Source: a bacterium BMS3Abin01 (GTDB lineage Bacteria; Actinomycetota; Thermoleophilia; BMS3ABIN01). Taken from it: a stretch of 64,000 bases of DNA. This document shows positions 58,205 to 64,000 of this stretch, piece after piece. The first letter of the stretch is position 1. The number at the start of each line of letters is the position of its first letter. The stretch covers positions 5,821 to 69,820 of the forward strand of contig BDUA01000049.1 of NCBI GenBank assembly GCA_002897715.1, written 5' to 3'. Under the pieces are notes generated by a model that saw only the letters and a program-made list of their open reading frames with translations, was not told the origin of the DNA and did no database searches. Position numbers and translations under genes: made by a program.

Positions 58205-59197
58205 CTAGAATAACTGGTCGTCCCCATGGAACAGCCGGCTGACCGATTCGTCCCGGAAAACGCTCTGAATCGTATCGGACAGGGCTGTCGCAACTGACAG
58301 AACCCTTATTTTGCTGGTATTTTTCTCCGTATTCAAGGGCAGGGTGTCGGTCACCACCACCTCTTTGATCGGTGAATCCTCCAGACGCTCATATGCCGGT
58401 CCCGAAAGGACCGGGTGGGTAGCGGTCGCGTAGACCTCGCGCGCGCCCTCATCGTCGATCATCGTCTTCGCCCCCTGGACGATGGTGCCAGCGGTATCGA
58501 TCATGTCGTCCACCATGACGACCACCTTGTCCTTCACATCGCCGATTACCTGGGTTATCTCCGCCACATTATGCTGCGGCCTGGTCTTGGTGAGGATGGC
58601 CAGGTCGGTACCCAGCTTGTCCGCGAATTTCTTGGCGCGCTTGACGCCGCCCACGTCCGGCGAAACCACCACCATCTCATCCGCCGGTACCTGCAACATT
58701 CGGAAATAATTGGTGAGGATGGACAGGGCGGTCATGTGGTCCACGGGAATATTGAAGAAACCCTGTACCTGCCCCTGGTGGAGATCCATGGTCAGGACCC
58801 GGTCCGCCCCGGCGGTCTGTAGCAGGTCCGCCACCAGCTTGGCGCTGATGGGCTCACGGCCGGCGCTCTTCTTGTCCTGACGGCAGTAACCCAGCCAGGG
58901 CATCACCGCCGTTATGCGGCGGGCCGATGCCAGGCGGGCCGCCTGGATCAAGATGAGCAGCTCCATCAGGTTGTCGTTTACCGGCGGGCTGGTGGACTGT
59001 ACCAGAAAGATGTCGCTGCCGCGGATGTTCTCCTTGTAACGCACGTAGATCTCCTGATTGCTGAAGGTCTTGAGCTCCAGGTCACCGAGTACGATGCCCA
59101 GGTGCTCCGCGATCTTCAGGCCCAGGTCGAGATTACTGCGACCACTGAAAAGCATGAGCCTTTTGCTGTTCTGGGTCAGGATGCTGCTTGGTGTCAT
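58205..59197 (-). CDS. prs: Ribose-phosphate pyrophosphokinase
   Basis: DLHQGQVQGFF; VVSPDVGGVKRA; MVDDMIDTAGT. Confidence 0.95.
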   Translation of the reverse strand: MTPSSILTQNSKRLMLFSGRSNLDLGLKIAEHLGIVLGDLELKTFSNQEIYVRYKENIRGSDIFLVQSTSPPVNDNLMELLILIQAARLASARRITAVMPWLGYCRQDKKSAGREPISAKLVADLLQTAGADRVLTMDLHQGQVQGFFNIPVDHMTALSILTNYFRMLQVPADEMVVVSPDVGGVKRAKKFADKLGTDLAILTKTRPQHNVAEITQVIGDVKDKVVVMVDDMIDTAGTIVQGAKTMIDDEGAREVYATATHPVLSGPAYERLEDSPIKEVVVTDTLPLNTEKNTSKIRVLSVATALSDTIQSVFRDESVSRLFHGDDQLF

Positions 59198-60657
59198 GAT
59201 CTCTCCTCTTCACCCATGTCTGTCTTGCCGGCAAGGTTCGCTTCATCCTTGCCCCCCCTGCGCCCCTCCAACTTCCTGCGGGCGTATCCAGCCACGTTAC
59301 GCTGCCTGGACCGCGATATGCCCAGATCTCCCCCGGGGATATCGTCGGTGATCACTGAGCCGGCGCCGGTCATGGAGCCGTCTCCGGCGGTAACCGGCGC
59401 CACGAACACCGTATCGGCGCCGGTATGCACGTGACTGCCTATCTCCGTCCGGTGCTTGTTTATCCCGTCATAATTGGCGGTAATGTTGCCGGCGCCGATA
59501 TTGGTATAATCGCCGACTTCGGCGTCACCGATATAGCTCAGATGCGGTACCTTGGAACCTGTACCGATACGGCTGTTCTTGATCTCCACAAAGGCTCCGG
59601 CCTTGGCGCCCGCTTCCAGCCGCGTCCCCGGGCGTATGTAAGTGAACGGTCCCACATTGCACCCGGCGGCTATCTCGGCGCTGCTCACCTGTGAACAGAC
59701 CAGCCTCACGCCGTCGTCGATAACCGTGTCGCTGACTATGGACGACGGCCCGATGACACAATCCTCGCCGATGGCCGTCGAGCCGGACAGGACGGTCATC
59801 GGCTCGATCACCGTATCCCTGCCGATGCTCACTTCCGCGTCCACATAGGTGCTCTCCGGATCCGTCACCGTCACGCCGGCAAGCATATGCCGTTCCAGGA
59901 TGCGCCGCCCCATGATCGCCGCGGCCGCTGCCAGATCGAGCCGCGAGTTCACGCCCAGGACCACAGTCTCATCATCGACCTTATGGGCCCTGACCCGTTC
60001 GCCGTGCGCCACCAGGATACCCACCGCATCGGTGAGATATACCTCTCCCTGTGAGTTGCCGTCGCTTATCCGGGACAGCGCCTGCCATAGCGGCCCGGCG
60101 TCGAAAACATATACACCCGCGTTCACCTCGCGGATCGCCAGCTCTTCCGGGCCGGCATCGCGATGCTCGATTATGCCCGTAACCCGTCCCTGGCTGTCCC
60201 GTCGCACCCTGCCGTAATGCGTAGGGTCCGCCAGCTCCACCGACATCAACGTACAGGCGGATTCGCCCTGTTCGTGTTCCTGTAAAAGCTCTTCCAGCTC
60301 GGCGCCGGTTACCAGGGGAGTATCCCCGTACATCACCAGGATGCTGCCCTCAAAACCGTCCAGCGCCTCCCGGCAGGACCTCACCGCGTCGCCCGTCCCC
60401 AGCTGCTCCGCCTGGTTCACGACCTCGGCTGTCTGGGGCAGATACTGGTGCACCGCCTCGATACCGCTGCCCAGCACTACCAGGGTCCGTCCGGGATTGA
60501 CTGACGCCACCGCCTCGCTCACCCAGGTTATCATCGGCTTGCCGCATATCTGGTGCAGCACCTTGGGCGTCTTGGACTTCATACGCGTTCCCAGACCGGC
60601 AGCCAGGACGACAACCGCCAGGGAGCGCTTTGGTTCTTCCACTGAGCCAGAATGCAT
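59194..60657 (-). CDS. glmU: Bifunctional UDP-N-acetylglucosamine pyrophosphorylase / glucosamine-1-phosphate N-acetyltransferase
   Basis: VVLAAGLGTRMKS and left-handed beta-helix hexapeptide repeats in the C-terminal half. There is a short charged C-terminal extension. Confidence 0.9.
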   Translation of the reverse strand: MHSGSVEEPKRSLAVVVLAAGLGTRMKSKTPKVLHQICGKPMITWVSEAVASVNPGRTLVVLGSGIEAVHQYLPQTAEVVNQAEQLGTGDAVRSCREALDGFEGSILVMYGDTPLVTGAELEELLQEHEQGESACTLMSVELADPTHYGRVRRDSQGRVTGIIEHRDAGPEELAIREVNAGVYVFDAGPLWQALSRISDGNSQGEVYLTDAVGILVAHGERVRAHKVDDETVVLGVNSRLDLAAAAAIMGRRILERHMLAGVTVTDPESTYVDAEVSIGRDTVIEPMTVLSGSTAIGEDCVIGPSSIVSDTVIDDGVRLVCSQVSSAEIAAGCNVGPFTYIRPGTRLEAGAKAGAFVEIKNSRIGTGSKVPHLSYIGDAEVGDYTNIGAGNITANYDGINKHRTEIGSHVHTGADTVFVAPVTAGDGSMTGAGSVITDDIPGGDLGISRSRQRNVAGYARRKLEGRRGGKDEANLAGKTDMGEEERS

Positions 60658-60760
60658 GAATCGGCCTTTATGAGCCCTCTGGAAAAAGAATATATCCCAT
60701 CTTCACCCCGACCTTAGACAAAAAAAGGGAGCGACACCTCGCTCATCCAGGGCATGTATT

Positions 60761-60835
60761 TGGCTGGGGCGGGAGGATTCGAACCTCCGTATCACGGGAC
60801 CAAAACCCGCCGCCTTACCACTTGGCTACGCCCCA
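60761..60835 (-). tRNA. tRNA-Gln (anticodon UUG), CCA encoded
   Basis: The reverse complement TGGGGCGTAGCCAAGTGGTAAGGCGGCGGGTTTTGGTCCCGTGATACGGAGGTTCGAATCCTCCCGCCCCAGCCA folds as a cloverleaf. The anticodon loop is TTTTGGT and the T loop is GGTTCGAATCC. Confidence 0.85.
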
Positions 60836-60876
60836 AGGGCAGCCAACGAAGGCTTGAAAAGTATAAGGTAGCAGGG

Positions 60877-61190
60877 AAAAAAGTTCAAGCTGGAAGCAGT
60901 GCCCTTACCCGCGGCCGGGGGGGGGAATCGTGCGGCCGGCCCCACGGGGCCGGCCGTCTTGTTAATCCTGTGTCCAGCGGTCAGGCGGGGCACACTCCGT
61001 TTTTCTTCCAGCCGTACCGCCGGTAACGCTTTTCCCGGTTCCCGCTCACCCGCGAATACTTCCCGGGCCTGCCGGAACTCAAGCCGGGCCGGAGGGCCAA
61101 TACGCTACTCGAGAAACGGGTGGCGGGTAAAGTCAGTCGAGCTACTAACTCATCCCGACTTCACCCGCCAGGGTGGGGGTACCCAACTCT
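60877..61190 (-). ncRNA. Candidate structured non-coding RNA of unknown family (between ispE and tRNA-Gln)
   Basis: There is no credible ORF on either strand. Three structures are visible:
- a 13-bp hairpin, GGCGGGTGAAGTC...GACTTTACCCGCC in minus sense, at plus 61122-61169;
- a GC clamp, GGCCGGCCCC-NNN-GGGCCGGCC;
- a long-range helix pairing 60889-60904 with 60988-61012.
On the minus strand a U-tract follows the long-range helix. Confidence 0.3.
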
Positions 61191-61218
61191 GAAAAACTTA
61201 CGGCTGTTACGCAGCCGT
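61191..61218 (-). terminator. Candidate rho-independent terminator downstream of ispE
   Basis: The minus strand reads ACGGCTG-CGTAA-CAGCCGT followed by AAGTTTTTC. The stem is 7 bp. Confidence 0.45.
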
Positions 61219-61377
61219 TGAATATCAATGCTGTTCACCATCCACCGGTATGCAACTCAACCCAAGCCGATACATACATCTTACCCGGCGGTGAAAAAAA
61301 TGTTATCGGGGAAAACGACCATAGGCCGGGGGGATTTCCCCTATAAGAAACCGCGGAGGCAGCCGGGCTCTATCGCT

Positions 61378-62280
61378 TCAGGCTGAGGGGGCCGGCGGCC
61401 GCAGGGGCGCCGCCGCCCAGGCGCGAAGGCCGGTCCGGCGCAAGGCCGCCGCCGCCGCTGACGCCTCGCCGGCCGCGGCGAACAGGCCGAATACCGACGG
61501 GCCGCTGCCGCTCATCAGGGCCCCGGCCGCTCCCAGCTCCAACAGGGTATCCTTGATTCGACCGATCTCCGGCACCAGCGCCGACGCCACCGACTCCAGA
61601 TCGTTGTAAAGCAGGGATACCATCCCGTCCAGACCTCCGGCTTCACCCAGGGACGCCTTCAGCTCCATACAGCGGCGACGGAAATCCGGCCCGGATACTC
61701 CACCTGCCTCGTCGAACAGCCGGTAGACCCTGGCCGTCGACAGCTCCGCGTCCGGAACCGCGAGAGCGATATGGTATCCGGCAAGGCCATCCGCCGCCTC
61801 CAGCAACTCGCCGGCCCCTGCCGCCAGCTGCGGTCCCTCGGTAACAAAGAAGGGTACGTCCGCTCCCACTTCCGCAGCGACGGTCGACAGGCGCTCGCTG
61901 GTCAGGCCCAGCCCGGCCAGGCAGTCAACCGCCCTCATCACCGCCGCTGCGTCCGAGCTGCCACCGGCGAGCCCGGCGGCCATCGGGATCTCTTTCCCTA
62001 TCTCGATATCTATGCTGAAGACCTTGCCTGTCTCCCGCTCCAGCGCTTCTACCGCCCTGCTGACGATATTGTCCTCCCGGGGGATATCCATCCCCCTCAC
62101 CCGCATACCCTCCCGGGAAGGGCCTACCCTGATGGAATCGAACAGGGACACCTTCTCCATCAGCGAACAGACGGAATGGAAGCCATCGCCGCGACGCGGT
62201 CCCACATGGAGGCACAGGTTTATCTTGGCCGGAGCCTGGAGCTCTAACACCCGCTCAGCCACCGGAACCTCCCGCCCCAC
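61378..62280 (-). CDS. ispE: 4-diphosphocytidyl-2-C-methyl-D-erythritol kinase
   Basis: APAKINLCLHV and the GHMP kinase motif MAAGLAGGSSDAAA. Confidence 0.9.
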   Translation of the reverse strand: MGREVPVAERVLELQAPAKINLCLHVGPRRGDGFHSVCSLMEKVSLFDSIRVGPSREGMRVRGMDIPREDNIVSRAVEALERETGKVFSIDIEIGKEIPMAAGLAGGSSDAAAVMRAVDCLAGLGLTSERLSTVAAEVGADVPFFVTEGPQLAAGAGELLEAADGLAGYHIALAVPDAELSTARVYRLFDEAGGVSGPDFRRRCMELKASLGEAGGLDGMVSLLYNDLESVASALVPEIGRIKDTLLELGAAGALMSGSGPSVFGLFAAAGEASAAAAALRRTGLRAWAAAPLRPPAPSA

Positions 62281-63190
62281 CCTCCAGGAACTCCGTCAGC
62301 TCCAGGTACTGTTCCGGCGTCAGATCCTGGGGGCGCGTGTTTTCCGCCAGCCCCATACCGCTCAGGGCAGCGACAGCCGTCCGTTTGCGACCGGCCGCGT
62401 CCAGCCTGGTGAATGCCGTCGGCAGCCTGCCGTCCGCCGCCCCGGCCATGCTGTTGGCCAACGTCTTGCGGCGGTGGCTGAAGGCGGCCCGCACCACCGC
62501 CCGCACCGCCGGGAATCCGCCCACATCCGCTTCCGGCCTGCGCCGAAAAGCCAGCAGGCTGGACCGCACCCGGGGCCGGGGGTGAAAAACGGTGCCGGAG
62601 ACCGGCCGCGAGGAGATCTTCTCCGCAAACAGCCGCGCCATCACCGATGTGCCGCCGTAGGCGGAGGTCCCCGGGAGAGCGAAAAGCCGGTCGGCTATCT
62701 CCCGCTGCAACATAAGACACCACATCTCCAGCTCCGGCAGCTCCTCCAGGCTCTTCATCACCAGGGGTACGGCCACGTTATAGGGAAGATTGGCGACGAA
62801 TTTGCGTGGTGCCGGCTCCAGCAAGCGCAGATCCAGCTTGAGCGCATCGGCGGCCACCAGGTGAAAACCCCGCGCGCCGCCGAACTCCTTTGCCAGCAGG
62901 CCGGCAAGGGCGGCATCCAGCTCGATACAGTGAACATTACCGCAACGCTGCACCAGTCTCTCCGTGAGCACGCCCAGCCCCGGCCCCACCTCCAGGACGA
63001 CATCGTCAGGCCCCAGGGCGGCGGTCCGTTCGATCACATCGACGATATTGGGGTCGATGAGGAAGTTCTGGCCCAGGGCCCGGTCCGGCGATACGCCGCT
63101 CAAGCGCATCTTCTGCAAGGGGGTTGGACGGGTATCCGGTTCTGGCAAGACAGTCCCCTGTTCGGTCAGGCAACCGGTCCATATCCTCAT
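62255..63190 (-). CDS. rsmA: 16S rRNA (adenine1518/1519-N6)-dimethyltransferase
   Basis: LGQNFLIDPNIV and the SAM motif VLEVGPGLGVLT. The start may lie further downstream (MRLSGVS...). Confidence 0.9.
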   Translation of the reverse strand: MRIWTGCLTEQGTVLPEPDTRPTPLQKMRLSGVSPDRALGQNFLIDPNIVDVIERTAALGPDDVVLEVGPGLGVLTERLVQRCGNVHCIELDAALAGLLAKEFGGARGFHLVAADALKLDLRLLEPAPRKFVANLPYNVAVPLVMKSLEELPELEMWCLMLQREIADRLFALPGTSAYGGTSVMARLFAEKISSRPVSGTVFHPRPRVRSSLLAFRRRPEADVGGFPAVRAVVRAAFSHRRKTLANSMAGAADGRLPTAFTRLDAAGRKRTAVAALSGMGLAENTRPQDLTPEQYLELTEFLEGGAGGSGG

Positions 63191-63199
63191 CTGCGGTGC

Positions 63200-63910
63200 T
63201 TAGGATATCTCCAGATGCCTGATGGCTATCAACCTGATGGTCTCGGCGCAGTACGCCGCCTGGTCCGCCAGCTCTTCCAGCCGCTCGATAATGGCCTTCA
63301 GCTGGTGGAAGGTCTTGAAGTCGATGTCCATCTCGAACAGGATGGCGTAGATCTTCACGTAATAATCGTCGACCTCGCCCTCGATACGGTCCACTTCCTC
63401 AGACGCCTCCATGGCATCACGCATGCTCGGCTGCATCTTGAGGATGACATCACGCAGCATACGCACCGCCTTCAGGTCCGTTTCAGACATCTCCTCCAGC
63501 AACTGGTTCAGCTCCGGAGGCAGTTCGAAGCGGCGCATGGCGATGCGGTCGCCGGCACCGGTGGCGTAGTTGGCTATATGGTCCAGCCCGTTCACCAGCC
63601 TCAGCAGATCGACGCGGCTGATGGGGAAGAACCCGGAACTGTACAGGCTGCCGAGGATGTCGCGCCGCATGTTGTCGCAACTGCTCTCCATGGCGTCCAG
63701 CTCTCCCGCGGCCTTGTCCATGGCTTCATAGGCATCGGCGCAGTAGAACTTGACTACATCGTGCAGCTTCTCGGTGATGGCCACCACCAGATCCACCATC
63801 TCCAGGACCTGATCCAGGGTCCGCTGCTCGCTGGCCTTGCCCAGGTCCCTGACCGTGCCCTCCACGCCGGCGCCGGTCATCGAATCCTTTATTCTGCTCC
63901 AGACTCCCAT
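63200..63910 (-). CDS. DUF47-family (PhoU-like, TIGR00153) phosphate-transport accessory protein
   Basis: Helical bundle with the typical E..CD..RR....L pattern. Located immediately downstream of a Pit-type transporter gene end. Confidence 0.7.
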   Translation of the reverse strand: MGVWSRIKDSMTGAGVEGTVRDLGKASEQRTLDQVLEMVDLVVAITEKLHDVVKFYCADAYEAMDKAAGELDAMESSCDNMRRDILGSLYSSGFFPISRVDLLRLVNGLDHIANYATGAGDRIAMRRFELPPELNQLLEEMSETDLKAVRMLRDVILKMQPSMRDAMEASEEVDRIEGEVDDYYVKIYAILFEMDIDFKTFHQLKAIIERLEELADQAAYCAETIRLIAIRHLEIS

Positions 63911-63917
63911 GCATCAC

Positions 63918-64000
63918 CTACCTGGTAAAGGTTAGCAGTACATAGTAGGTAGCCGCCGCGGCTACCGCGCAAAAAGGCAAGGTCACAATCCAGGCCAGAA
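63918..64000 (-). CDS. Inorganic phosphate transporter (PiT family), C-terminal 26 codons only
   Basis: The reverse complement reads ...LAWIVTLPFCAVAAAATYYVLLTFTR-stop, the conserved PiT C-terminus. Not in the ORF track because it is truncated by the window edge. Confidence 0.6.
   Translation of the reverse strand, partial: LAWIVTLPFCAVAAAATYYVLLTFTR

Noticed and set aside
60836-61377. Assigning the structured gap to RNase P RNA, tmRNA, SRP RNA or 6S RNA.
   Set aside because: Several diagnostic features are missing on either strand:
- the universally conserved RNase P P4 sequence (GAGGAAAGUCCGG; the nearest is GGGUGAAGUCGGG);
- a tRNA-like 3' end with a GGUUCGA T loop and ACCA, as in tmRNA;
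- a contiguous GUCAGGUCCGGAAGGAAGCAGC-like SRP domain IV.
The length also exceeds that of 6S RNA.

Overview
GC-rich (about 60-65%), densely coded bacterial chromosome segment, mostly transcribed on the minus strand. All calls come from reading the ORF translations and DNA by eye; no searches were run.

Main blocks, left to right:
1. An edge-truncated secreted protein that is missing from the ORF track.
2. otsB, then a selenocysteine-decoding locus (selA-selB-tRNA-Sec). Two decayed copies of the tRNA-Sec 3' half follow it, bracketing a low-GC HigB/HigA-like toxin-antitoxin islet.
3. An envelope lipoprotein cluster.
4. A P-type Ca2+-type ATPase, an MrfA/YprA-like helicase and a TIGR00725/SLOG protein.
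5. A histidine kinase plus NtrC-type sigma54 activator. Directly downstream is a near-consensus sigma54 promoter driving a five-gene USP / TauE / Alph_Pro_TM-like operon.
6. A stand-alone 38-aa Cys/Pro-rich peptide gene with its own promoter, RBS and terminator, divergent from that two-component system.
7. A roughly 17 kb co-directional heme/cytochrome cluster:
   - hemA, hemC, sirC-like and cobA-hemD;
   - the siroheme-dependent alternative heme pathway, ahbA/B, ahbC and ahbD;
   - System II cytochrome c maturation, resB/ccsA;
   - three c-type cytochromes, an NHL propeller, a TPR protein and a GT-C glycosyltransferase.
8. surE and fmdB.
9. A membrane-lipid locus: GT4, a UPF0104 flippase-like protein, and a split three-gene BCR/HAD-family set resembling PlsA/PlsR or Ger ether-lipid enzymes.
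10. A housekeeping run: trxA, eno, mazG, a PPIase, mfd, pth, ctc, prs, glmU, tRNA-Gln, ispE, rsmA, DUF47 and a pit fragment.

No CRISPR array, rRNA or intact transposase/integrase was seen.

Candidates most worth follow-up:
- the orphan peptide next to the two-component system;
- the sigma54 USP/TauE operon;
- the cytochrome/NHL/GT-C module;
- the split PlsAR-like lipid locus;
- the tRNA-Sec attachment-site scars;
- a roughly 300-nt structured non-coding gap between ispE and tRNA-Gln.
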